From Ilumatobacter sp. (GTDB taxonomy: Bacteria > Actinomycetota > Acidimicrobiia > Acidimicrobiales > Ilumatobacteraceae), in assembly GCF_030065885.1 (NCBI RefSeq), contig NZ_JASJCS010000008.1, positions 12,067-76,066 of the forward strand: DNA of 64,000 nt, given 5' to 3'. The notes beneath the pieces were generated by a model that was not told where the DNA came from, did not search any database, and saw only the letters and a program-made list of their open reading frames with translations. A program made the translations under genes and the position numbers. The stretch's first letter is position 1. The number at the start of each line of letters is the position of its first letter. Shown piece after piece: positions 48,119 to 57,220 of the stretch.

Positions 48119-50502
48119 CGACCGCGCTGACCCGGTACGCCTGGCGCCAACTCACCCATCACCGGGCGCGCACCGCCTTCACCGTCGCGTCGCTCGCCGC
48201 AGCGGTCGTGGGTACGTGGCTGTTCGCCGCGCCACGCGACTTCGACGCAGCGATGGACGAACGCGTCGACTCCCAGCTGCTCCACGACCTGGTCCTGCGA
48301 CCCGACGGCGTCGCGCTCGCCGACGACGACCTGGCCGCGCTGCGCGAGATCCCGAACGTCGCCGGCCTCGAGGCTCGCACCACGCACATCACCGAGCTGC
48401 GGATCGGCGATCGCATCCAGGACGTCTGGCTGATCGGCGTCCTGGACTTCGCCGATCAACAGGTGAACGTGGTCGACGTCGCGCACGGCGACGCACCACG
48501 ATTCGACGGGGGTTCGCTCGAGGCCCTGACCGATCCGGTCAACGACCTGCACGGTCGTGCCGCGGGCCGGGTCGGCGACGTGGTGCAACTCCGCACGGCG
48601 AGCGGCGCCTGGGAGGACACCACGATCACCGGTGAGGGCAGCTCGATCTACTTCAGCCACAACGCATCCGACTGGATCCCGGTGCTGTACATGCCGGCCG
48701 AAGCGGTCTGGGAGCTCGCGCCGTTCGATCGGCTCTTCACCGAGATCGACGTCAGGGTCGGTCGCCGGGACGACGCGGTGCTCGCCGCGACGATCGATGC
48801 GATCCGCGACGGACTCGCGGATGTGAAGCCGAACGTCGGGTACAACGCACTCGTCGACATCCGCCCCGCCGGCGAGTGGCCGGGCCAGGACGACTTCGAC
48901 AACTTCCAGGTGCTGTTCTGGGTGATCGCCGGCGTCTCGGTGTTCTCCGCGCTCGTGCTGGTCGCCTCGACCATGACGACCCTCGCCCGCGAACAGGCAC
49001 GCGAGATCGGCATCATGAAGAGCATCGGCGGCCGGCGCCGGCAGATACTCGCGACCTACCTGGCGACGAGCGCCCTGCTCGGTGTCGGTGGCACGGTGAT
49101 CGGCACGGCGATCGGGCTGCCGGTCGCCAACCTCCTCACGAACTACCTGGGCCGGTTCCAGGGTGTCGAGCCCGGGTGGCGCGTCAGCGGTCTCGCGCTC
49201 GCCTCGAGCGCAGTGGTCGGCATCGGTGCAACCCTGCTCGCATCGGTGCCACCCCTGCTGCGAGGCACCCGCATCACCGTTCGCGAGGCGCTCGGGCAGC
49301 CGGGTTCGGATGCGTCGTTCGGCGCGTCGCGCGTCGATCGCCTGACGACGCGAGGCCGGTGGTTGCCGCGCACGGCCCAGCTGGGCCTGCGCGCCGCGGG
49401 ACGACGCAGGACCCGCAGCATCGCCACACAACTCCAGATCGCGCTCGCCGTGGGCACGCTGCTCGGCTTCGCCTCGCTCGCCATCACCCTGATCGAGGTC
49501 AGCGAGGAGAGCCGCGCTGCCGAAGGCGGCGACATCGAGGTGTACGGCTTCGGATCCGGGCGCCGGCTCGGGACACGAGCCGCGGAGCAGATCGCGCAGA
49601 TCGAGGGGGTCGACAGCGTCCAGCCGACCGTCGGGGCCGATCTGCTGGTCGGCGACACCGAGACGTTCGCGTGGGGCCTCCCCGCCGACCCCGTCTTCGG
49701 GTACCAGCTGAGCGAGGGACGCTGGTTCACCGAGGCCGAGAACGACGCCCGGTCCCACGTCGCAGTCGTCGGACCGGCGCTGGCGACCATCCACGACCTG
49801 TCGGTCGGCGACTCGGTACGAGCGGACACGCTGAGCGGTCCGGTCGACCTCGAGGTCGTCGGGATCGACAGCACGATGGTCGGCGACGGCCGGGCGCTGT
49901 TCGTCCCGATCGACACCGCGTTGGCGCTCAGCGAGCGCGAGGAGCCGAGTTGGTTCTGGGTGACGACGACCTCACGAGACACCGCCGCCATCGATCGGGT
50001 GCACGTCGAGATCCGCGAGCTGCTCGACCGGGAGCGGTACGCCTACGGGGCCGACGTCCGGTACATCGAGCGCGAGGCCGATCGCGCCGAGGACCGCATC
50101 GTGGTGACGATCATCATGTCGATGGGCATCCCGATCGTCGCGATGGGCATGATCGGGCTGGTGTCGGCGATGACGACCAACATCGTCGAGCGAACGCGCG
50201 AGATCGGGATCCTCCGGAGCATCGGGGCGCGGGCGCGCGACATCCGTCGCGTGTTCCTCGCCGAGGCGGTGGTGCTGGTCGTGCTCGGATGGCTGCTCGG
50301 GATCGCCTTCGGGTATGCGATCGGGCGGATCATCCTCCACGCGATGGGCAACGCGTTCGACGTCACGTTCACGCTCCGCTACCCGCTCTGGCCGATCGCC
50401 GTGACGCTGGTGCTGACGTTGCTGGTCGCCGTGCTCGTGCTGCGCCGCCCGCTCCGCCGCGCCGGCCGGCTCCCACCCAGCGTCGCCCTCCGCTACGAGT
50501 AG
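48115..50502 (+). CDS. FtsX/MacB-type ABC permease (duplicated)
   Basis: Two EIGI(M/L)(K/R)SIG motifs; two large extracytoplasmic loops. Confidence 0.88.
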   Translation: MTTALTRYAWRQLTHHRARTAFTVASLAAAVVGTWLFAAPRDFDAAMDERVDSQLLHDLVLRPDGVALADDDLAALREIPNVAGLEARTTHITELRIGDRIQDVWLIGVLDFADQQVNVVDVAHGDAPRFDGGSLEALTDPVNDLHGRAAGRVGDVVQLRTASGAWEDTTITGEGSSIYFSHNASDWIPVLYMPAEAVWELAPFDRLFTEIDVRVGRRDDAVLAATIDAIRDGLADVKPNVGYNALVDIRPAGEWPGQDDFDNFQVLFWVIAGVSVFSALVLVASTMTTLAREQAREIGIMKSIGGRRRQILATYLATSALLGVGGTVIGTAIGLPVANLLTNYLGRFQGVEPGWRVSGLALASSAVVGIGATLLASVPPLLRGTRITVREALGQPGSDASFGASRVDRLTTRGRWLPRTAQLGLRAAGRRRTRSIATQLQIALAVGTLLGFASLAITLIEVSEESRAAEGGDIEVYGFGSGRRLGTRAAEQIAQIEGVDSVQPTVGADLLVGDTETFAWGLPADPVFGYQLSEGRWFTEAENDARSHVAVVGPALATIHDLSVGDSVRADTLSGPVDLEVVGIDSTMVGDGRALFVPIDTALALSEREEPSWFWVTTTSRDTAAIDRVHVEIRELLDRERYAYGADVRYIEREADRAEDRIVVTIIMSMGIPIVAMGMIGLVSAMTTNIVERTREIGILRSIGARARDIRRVFLAEAVVLVVLGWLLGIAFGYAIGRIILHAMGNAFDVTFTLRYPLWPIAVTLVLTLLVAVLVLRRPLRRAGRLPPSVALRYE

Positions 50503-50566
50503 GCCGCCGGGTACGCTCGGCGGCGATGTCCGCCTGCAGCGACGCCGTGCGCGACGGGCGGCCGGC

Positions 50567-51523
50567 GTGAGGGCGGTCGTCTACGACCGGTACGGGCCAC
50601 CCGACGTGCTCCGCCTCGAGGAGGTGCCGATGCCGACACCTGCCGCCGGCCAGGTGCTGGTGAGGGTGGCCGCCACCTCCGTCAACCTCAGCGACTGGGA
50701 GTGCCTGCGCGGCACACCGCTCTTCGCCCGGGTCGGCGGGCTGCGAGTGCCGGCGAGGCGCACGCTCGGCTCCGACATCGCCGGTCACGTCGAAGCCGTG
50801 GGAGCGGGCGTCACCCGCTTCCGTCCCGGCGACGAGGTCTACGGCGACAACCTCGGACTCAAAGGTGGCTTCGCCGAGTACGCCGTGGCACCCGAGTCCG
50901 CGCTCGCCGCGAAGCCCCCGGAGCTGACGTTCGGCGAGGCGTCGGCGATCCCGCAGTCCGGCGCGATCGCGCTCCAGGGAACCGCCGGAGCGGCACCCGG
51001 GACGCGCGTGCTGATCAACGGCGCCGGTGGTGGATCGGGCTCGTTCGCGATCCAGGTGGCGAAGCAGGCCGGCGCCCACGTGACCGGCGTCGACAACGCC
51101 GGCAAGCTCGACTTCATGCAGTCGCTCGGTGCCGACGAGGTGATCGACCACCGGCAGCACGACTACACGCGGACCGACGAGCGGTACGACATCATCCTCG
51201 ACCTCGTCGCGGACAGGTCGGTGCTCGCGATCCGTCGTGTCCTCGCCGATGGCGGCCGGTACCGCTGGGTCGGCGGCTCGGTGTCGATGCTCCTGCGGCT
51301 GGTGACGGCCGGTGCGGTCACCGGTCGCCTGACCGGTCGGCGGCTGGGCATGCTCGTCGTGCGGCAGGGTCCCGAGCACTTCGCGCCGCTGGCCGACCGT
51401 TGCGTCGCCGGCGACGTCGACATCCACATCCACCGCACGTTCCGGCTCGACGAGGTCCCGGACGCCCTGCGCGAGATCGGCGAGGGTCGCGCCCTGGGCA
51501 AGGTCGTCGTCGAGCTGGCCTGA
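50567..51523 (+). CDS. NAD(P)-dependent MDR-family oxidoreductase
   Basis: YGPPDVL, GSDIAG, NGAGGGSG, GKVVV. Confidence 0.88.
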   Translation: MRAVVYDRYGPPDVLRLEEVPMPTPAAGQVLVRVAATSVNLSDWECLRGTPLFARVGGLRVPARRTLGSDIAGHVEAVGAGVTRFRPGDEVYGDNLGLKGGFAEYAVAPESALAAKPPELTFGEASAIPQSGAIALQGTAGAAPGTRVLINGAGGGSGSFAIQVAKQAGAHVTGVDNAGKLDFMQSLGADEVIDHRQHDYTRTDERYDIILDLVADRSVLAIRRVLADGGRYRWVGGSVSMLLRLVTAGAVTGRLTGRRLGMLVVRQGPEHFAPLADRCVAGDVDIHIHRTFRLDEVPDALREIGEGRALGKVVVELA

Positions 51524-51587
51524 CGTCCGCCGTCGCGGCCCCTCGGCAGGCGGCCCCCCTTGGCAAGGGAGGCCCGATCGGAGGACG

Positions 51588-51854
51588 ATGGAAGCGGAGG
51601 TGAGGAACGTGGACCAAGGGATGCTCCTCGTGGTCGGCGGCGTCTTCCTGCTCTTCCTCTTCGGCGTGATCCTGGTGGTGACGGGCATCGTCGGTGCCGA
51701 TCCCGACGCGTACGCGTTGGAGATCGGCCACCGGTGGAACCGCCGGAAGCGGGAGGTCGTGGAGGGTCCGAGCCAGCACCGGTTGCGCACCGCCCTGATC
51801 GGGATCGCCATGATGGCGATCGCCGTCGGGATCGCCGTCCTGCTCTCGGTCTGA
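51588..51854 (+). CDS. Small two-TM membrane protein
   Basis: GGAGG RBS; two hydrophobic helices. Confidence 0.6.
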   Translation: MEAEVRNVDQGMLLVVGGVFLLFLFGVILVVTGIVGADPDAYALEIGHRWNRRKREVVEGPSQHRLRTALIGIAMMAIAVGIAVLLSV

Positions 51855-51870
51855 CCACTCAACCAGTAGC

Positions 51871-53142
51871 TCAGGGGTGCTCGCTCGGGCTGGGTGCCAC
51901 GGGCGTGGACGCGCCGAGCAGGTTGCGCAGCACGTCGAACCGTGACTCGTGCGCGTCGCGCCCGAGCGCCCACCAGATGAGCGCGAACACCGCGCTGAGC
52001 GAGATCAGCGCGCCGTACCCCAGCGACCATTCGAGACCGACGTAGTCGCCGACGAGGCCGGTGATCGGCCCGCCGATCGGGTACGAGCCGAGGAAGGCGA
52101 CTGCGGTCAGCGCAAGGATGCGACCTCGCATGTCCGGCGGACACAGCTGCTGGGTGATCGCGTTCATCGAGGTCACGAAGCCGGCGCCGCCCAACCCGAG
52201 CGGCACGGCGAGCACCAGCGCCAACCAGACCCGGCCGGACCAGGCGAGGGCGAGCGCAGCGATGCCCAGCAACAACCCGTTGGCGACCATCCAGCGCAGG
52301 GTGACCACCCGACGCCCGGCGGTCAGGAGCGAGCCGAGCATGCTGCCGATGCTCAGCGTGGTGAGCACGATTCCGAACCAGAACTCGTCGCCCCAGATCT
52401 CGCGGGACATGCGGGGGAACACGACGTTGTGGTTGAACCCGAACGTCGCCACGATCGCGAACACGACGAACGGCGCGAACAGCGCCGGCGTGTCGCGCAC
52501 GAACCGCAGCCCGTCGCGGATCGGGGTACCGCCCTTCTCGGCGAGCGGCGCACGGTGGAGCTCGCTCTCGTCGAGCAGGAACAGACTGCCGAGAATCGCC
52601 AGGAACGAGACGGCGTTGATCGTGAACAACCAGCCGGTGCCGATCGGCCCGACCAGGAGCGCAGCGATCGCCGGCCCGAAGATCCGCGAGCCGGTCATCG
52701 TCGCCGTGTTGAGCGAGATCGCGTTGGCCATGTCCTCCTCGGGCACCAGCTCGGTGACGAATCCGCGCCTGGCCGGGTTGTCGATCGCCGAGATCACGCC
52801 GAGCACGAACGTGAGCACGTAGATGATGCCGAGGTTGATCGTGCCGGTCAGGTCGAAGACAGCCAGCGCCACGGCCTGGATCGCCAAGCCGCCCTGCGTC
52901 ATCATCGACAGCCGCCGCCGGTCGCGCTGGTCGGCGACCGCACCGGCCCACGCACCGAGGAACAGCATCGGCAGGAACTGCAGCGCCGTCAGGACACCGA
53001 TGGCGGTGGTGCGACCCGTCAGACGGTCGACGAGGATCGCAGTGGCGGTGAACTGCATCCACGTGCCGATGTTCGAGAGCATCAGCCCGCTGAAGAACAA
53101 GCGTGCGTTCCGATAGCGGAGGGAACGGAACGTCGCGGCCAT
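51871..53142 (-). CDS. MFS transporter (MFS_3/EntS-like)
   Basis: SNIGTWMQ, GAVADQRDRR, DNPAR, SRIFGPA, MRGR. Confidence 0.88.
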   Translation of the reverse strand: MAATFRSLRYRNARLFFSGLMLSNIGTWMQFTATAILVDRLTGRTTAIGVLTALQFLPMLFLGAWAGAVADQRDRRRLSMMTQGGLAIQAVALAVFDLTGTINLGIIYVLTFVLGVISAIDNPARRGFVTELVPEEDMANAISLNTATMTGSRIFGPAIAALLVGPIGTGWLFTINAVSFLAILGSLFLLDESELHRAPLAEKGGTPIRDGLRFVRDTPALFAPFVVFAIVATFGFNHNVVFPRMSREIWGDEFWFGIVLTTLSIGSMLGSLLTAGRRVVTLRWMVANGLLLGIAALALAWSGRVWLALVLAVPLGLGGAGFVTSMNAITQQLCPPDMRGRILALTAVAFLGSYPIGGPITGLVGDYVGLEWSLGYGALISLSAVFALIWWALGRDAHESRFDVLRNLLGASTPVAPSPSEHP

Positions 53143-53302
53143 GGCGGCCCATCCTGCCCGACCCGTCCGAGCACGGCGGGCTCGGAGGCGTCGTCGCACA
53201 CACCGGCGCCGTGGCCCGTGTGCCCGATCGGGCACACGGTCTCGCCCGAGGGGCCGGATCGCCGTGATTGACGGGCGACGGCACCGGAGTGACACTGCGG
53301 GG

Positions 53303-55393
53303 ATGGGGCGCGCACACGGCGACGTCGGGACCGGCCCCCACGCGGCGCCCGCACCCGATCTTCTCCCGCGCCGGGACGACCAGGTGGTGGACGACCTCCA
53401 GCGTCGCCTCGGCAACACCGGCGTGCAGCGGCTCGCGCAACGACTCCGAGAGGCCGATGCCGGGGCGGGCGGCGGCGGAGCGGGCGCAGGCGGCGGCGCT
53501 CCGGAACCCGACCAGCTCAGCCCGAGCATGGCCCAGCAGCTCGCACGCCGCCTCCGGGACGCCATGGAGGGGTGGGGGACGGACGAGGACGCGATCTACG
53601 GGGTGTTCACCGGACGAACGCAGTCGCAGGTCGACGCCATCGAGCGCGCGTACGGCGCGCTGTTCGACCGCGATCTCACGGCGGACCTGCACGACGAGCT
53701 GAACGCCGGCGAGCTGCGGCGCCTCGCCGCGCTGGCCCCTCAGGAACCGTCGCCGGCCGCCGGAGCCGCGGGTGGCGGTCTCGCAGCAGCGGCCGAACGC
53801 GTCAACCGGGCGGAGCCCGCGGCGCGACGCCTCCGGGCCGCGATGGAAGGGCTCGGCACGGACGAGGATGCGATCTTCGCCGTCCTCACGGGGCGCAGCG
53901 CGGCAGAACGCCAGGAGATCCGCGACACCTACGCCCGGATCTACAGCCGGTCGCTCGAGACGGACCTCCGCGACGAGATGAGCGGTGCCGAGCTGACCGA
54001 GGCGATGCGCCTCCTCGGTCAAGGCGAGCTCTCCGCTGCCGACGAGCTGCACCAGGCGATCACGGGGCTCGGGACCGACGAGGGCCGCATCATGCGCGTG
54101 CTCGAACAGGTCGGCGCGTCGCCGGCCGCCGTCACCGCCCTGCTGGCCGAACATCAGCGGAAGTACGGCAGCCTGCTCGTGGCCCTCGAGGACGACCTGT
54201 CGGGCGGCGAGCTCGACCGTGCCCGCGACCTGCTCGGCCGCGCCGGCGACGAGGCGGCGTGCTTCGAAGTGCTGAACGGGGCCGACCCGGATCTCCTCCA
54301 CCAGGTCGCGGACTTCGGGTTCGCGACCACCGCCGAACGGCTCCGGCTCGTGGGACGCGTCCACACCGAGACCGTGGTGGGCGACGACGACGAAGGGGTG
54401 CTCGAGCGCATCTGGCTGGCGCCCGACATGGCCGAGCCCGCTGCGCAGAACCAGGCCCTGTACCGGACCAGCCGGAGTCGCGGCGCCGAGATCCCCGAGT
54501 CGCTCTCCACGTTCGGCCGGTTCGAGAACCGCTTCGAGCAGGACATGTTCGAGGGCGTCACGACCGTCGGCCACGGGCTGTTCGACTGGACGCTCGTCGG
54601 CGACCGTCTCGACGTGCGGGTCCCGATCGACTTCGAGCCCGCGTCCGGCGTGACACCTCCGTACGCGCTCTGGCAGACGCAGATCAACAACACCTGGAAC
54701 CAGTTCGCCGTGCGCGAACCCGGCGGGCGGAGGATCCCCATCCAGTTCACGATGGTCAACGACTCGAACGCGTCGCGAGAAGTCGAGGTCGTCGAGAACA
54801 AGATCCCCGGACAGATCTCGCCCGAGGATCGTGCGAACGCCGGGAAGTTCTACGTCATGATGCGCCCGTCGACCGTGCCCCACGAGTTCGGCCACTTCAT
54901 CGGCCTCCCCGACGAGTACCAGCGCAGCCACGACGACTTCCGCCAGATCACCGGCGCGGTGCCGACCGGCCCGGCCAACACCTCCGGCCAGACCAATGCG
55001 CAGATCGCCGACGACCTCCACACCGCACTCCACGCCGATCCGCAGGCACAGCGGCGCATTCAAGCGAGGGCGTTGCTCACGACCGTCGGCCTGCTCGTCG
55101 GCGGCATCCCGCAGCAGGGCGATTTCGCCCAGGCGGTCCTGGCCGAGTACGACAGCCGGCATGGCTCGCTCGAAGACGACCTGGTCGATCAGCTCGACCA
55201 GGACGCCGACCGCGGTGATCGCTGGGTGCTGCAGACCGTGTTCTCGTATGCGAGCAGGTCGGTGATGGGCAACCCGGAGGTGTTCGGGCCCGCACCCCAC
55301 ACGCATCCGGTCGAGCCGCGCCACCTCCGGGAGTTCGTCGCCATCGTGCAACGGCGCTTCCCCGGCGAGAACTGGTCGATCGGCGCGCGATGA
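53303..55393 (+). CDS. Annexin-repeat protein with C-terminal zinc metallopeptidase motif
   Basis: LQRRLGNTGVQRL; three repeats AMEGWGTDEDAI / AMEGLGTDEDAI / AITGLGTDEGRI each followed by an annexin-like tail; HEFGHFIGLPDEY. Confidence 0.8.
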   Translation: MGRAHGDVGTGPHAAPAPDLLPRRDDQVVDDLQRRLGNTGVQRLAQRLREADAGAGGGGAGAGGGAPEPDQLSPSMAQQLARRLRDAMEGWGTDEDAIYGVFTGRTQSQVDAIERAYGALFDRDLTADLHDELNAGELRRLAALAPQEPSPAAGAAGGGLAAAAERVNRAEPAARRLRAAMEGLGTDEDAIFAVLTGRSAAERQEIRDTYARIYSRSLETDLRDEMSGAELTEAMRLLGQGELSAADELHQAITGLGTDEGRIMRVLEQVGASPAAVTALLAEHQRKYGSLLVALEDDLSGGELDRARDLLGRAGDEAACFEVLNGADPDLLHQVADFGFATTAERLRLVGRVHTETVVGDDDEGVLERIWLAPDMAEPAAQNQALYRTSRSRGAEIPESLSTFGRFENRFEQDMFEGVTTVGHGLFDWTLVGDRLDVRVPIDFEPASGVTPPYALWQTQINNTWNQFAVREPGGRRIPIQFTMVNDSNASREVEVVENKIPGQISPEDRANAGKFYVMMRPSTVPHEFGHFIGLPDEYQRSHDDFRQITGAVPTGPANTSGQTNAQIADDLHTALHADPQAQRRIQARALLTTVGLLVGGIPQQGDFAQAVLAEYDSRHGSLEDDLVDQLDQDADRGDRWVLQTVFSYASRSVMGNPEVFGPAPHTHPVEPRHLREFVAIVQRRFPGENWSIGAR

Positions 55394-56058
55394 AGCAGCT
55401 TCGCTTCGATCGCCGATCGGTGACGTCACCACCCGAGCGCGAGGTCCTCGAGATCGAGGTCGACGGGAGCTTCACCATGTGGCGATCGACCGGCGACCGC
55501 GTCGGCCGCTTCGCCGGCTCGCTCGACGAGTTGGACGAGATCGAGGCCGAGATCAATCGGGCGATCGACCGGCGGCCACCACGGGCCGAGCCGCTCCTGC
55601 CGGACTCGTCCGTCGAGCGGCTGATGATCGACGACGAGACGATGCTCCAGGTCTCGGCCGACGACGAGCTGGACGGACCGTGGGGCGATCTGCTGCAGCG
55701 CTGCCGTGGTCTGCTCGACGACCTCCGCGCCCATCCCCTCGCAGCCCTGTCGATCGACCTCACCGAGCCGACCCGACCCACCCTCGTCCACGTCGGCACC
55801 GAAGGACTCCACGTCGAGTTGATCCAGCCGGCGGCCGTGGTCGAGACGTGGCTCGGCGGCCAACTGACCGCCAGCGCCCGGGGCTACGCAGACGTGATCG
55901 CGTCGACGGTGGTCGATGAGGGATGGCGCCTGGAGATCGAGGTGCCGGATGCGGTCGTCGCGCCGGGTGCGACGATCCTCGCGCAGGTCGGGCTCGACGC
56001 CTACGACGGCGAACTCCCGATCCCGGTCGCCGTGCACGCCACGACGCAACCGAGGTGA
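55390..56058 (+). CDS. Acidic hypothetical protein coupled to the annexin-peptidase gene
   Basis: ATGA overlap at 55390-55393; no recognised motif. Confidence 0.65.
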   Translation: MKQLRFDRRSVTSPPEREVLEIEVDGSFTMWRSTGDRVGRFAGSLDELDEIEAEINRAIDRRPPRAEPLLPDSSVERLMIDDETMLQVSADDELDGPWGDLLQRCRGLLDDLRAHPLAALSIDLTEPTRPTLVHVGTEGLHVELIQPAAVVETWLGGQLTASARGYADVIASTVVDEGWRLEIEVPDAVVAPGATILAQVGLDAYDGELPIPVAVHATTQPR

Positions 56059-56065
56059 TCGTGGC

Positions 56066-57220
56066 TCACGCTGCGACGGGCAGCGCTCCGGTGTCGATGC
56101 CGTAGAGCTCGGCGACGTTGCCGGACAGGATCGCTTGCCGCTGCTCGTCGGTGAGGCCGGCCGCCTGCTCGGCGAGCATCTCCTGCGACCACGGCCAGGT
56201 CGAGTCGGAGTGCGGGAAGTCGTTGGCCCACATCAGCCGGCGCCAGTTCATGTGATCGGCCTGCCGGAAGGCAGTCCAGTCATCCTGGAACGTCGTGTAG
56301 ATGTGCTCCGCGAAGTACTCCGAGGGCAGCTTCGACAGCTCGATGCCGGGCGCCATCCAGTTGCGGTGCCGGTTGTAGGCGTGGTCCATCCGGTACATGT
56401 AGTGCGGCACCCAGCCGGCGTCGGCCTCGACGCACACGATCCGCAGACCGGGGTGGCGCTCGAAGACGCCGCCGAAGACCAGCGTCCCCATGATGTCCTG
56501 GATGCCGCGGATGATGCCGAGGAAGCCGTTGAGGCGCGAGCCGCGCGGCTTGCCGTTGAAGGCGCTGCTGCGCGACGTCAGGATGTGGAAGCTGAGCGGC
56601 AGTCCCAGGTCGACGGCCGCCTCCCAGAACGGGTCCCAGGCGGGGTCGTCGTAGTCGGCGCCGCCGCCGTCGGGTGTCAGCGTGCCGGGCTCGCCGGGCA
56701 TCATCACGCCGCGCAGGCCGGCCGCCTCGATCGCCTCGATGTCCGCGATCCCCTCCTCGATCGTGCGGAGCGCGGTCTGGCCGCAGCCGAGCAACCGGTC
56801 GGGGGCCTCGGAGCAGTATCCGGCGATCCAGCGGTTGTAGGCGTCGAAGCAGGCCTTCTTGAAGTCGGCGTCGTCGTGGTTGCAGATCATCATCCCGACG
56901 GTCGGGTAGATCACCTCGGCCGACACGCCGTCGCGGGCCTGGTCGGCGAGTCGGTGGCTCGGGTCCCAGCCCGAGCGATGGAGCTCGTCGAAGCGCACGC
57001 CGCCGATCGTCAGCTCCTCGGCCGGTTTGCCGGCGGCTGCGACGAGGCCCATCGCGATCGGGCGGCCCATGCCGGGGATGACGAACACGTCGCCACGCTC
57101 GTCGTCGCCGACCATGTGCGGCGCCCGGTCGCGGAACGCCGGGTCGATGTGGTCGACGTAGCAGTTCGGCGGCTCGGTGATGTGCGAGTCGGCGCTGATG
57201 ACGGGGAACGGGTAGCTCAT
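56066..57220 (-). CDS. Amidohydrolase family protein
   Basis: ISADSHITEP, SFHI, GGVFERHPGL, WANDFPHSD. Confidence 0.88.
   Translation of the reverse strand: MSYPFPVISADSHITEPPNCYVDHIDPAFRDRAPHMVGDDERGDVFVIPGMGRPIAMGLVAAAGKPAEELTIGGVRFDELHRSGWDPSHRLADQARDGVSAEVIYPTVGMMICNHDDADFKKACFDAYNRWIAGYCSEAPDRLLGCGQTALRTIEEGIADIEAIEAAGLRGVMMPGEPGTLTPDGGGADYDDPAWDPFWEAAVDLGLPLSFHILTSRSSAFNGKPRGSRLNGFLGIIRGIQDIMGTLVFGGVFERHPGLRIVCVEADAGWVPHYMYRMDHAYNRHRNWMAPGIELSKLPSEYFAEHIYTTFQDDWTAFRQADHMNWRRLMWANDFPHSDSTWPWSQEMLAEQAAGLTDEQRQAILSGNVAELYGIDTGALPVAA

Noticed and set aside
51553-51575. GC hairpin after the MDR oxidoreductase as an intrinsic terminator
   Set aside because: Imperfect stem and no U-tract; too weak to call.
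50369-55432. 1687-aa minus-strand ORF and many other long overlapping ORFs (e.g. 57316..60270, 47494..49794, 19125..21266)
   Set aside because: Shadow ORFs from high GC content; antisense or off-frame to genes with clear motifs, Arg/Gly/Ala-rich and motif-free.
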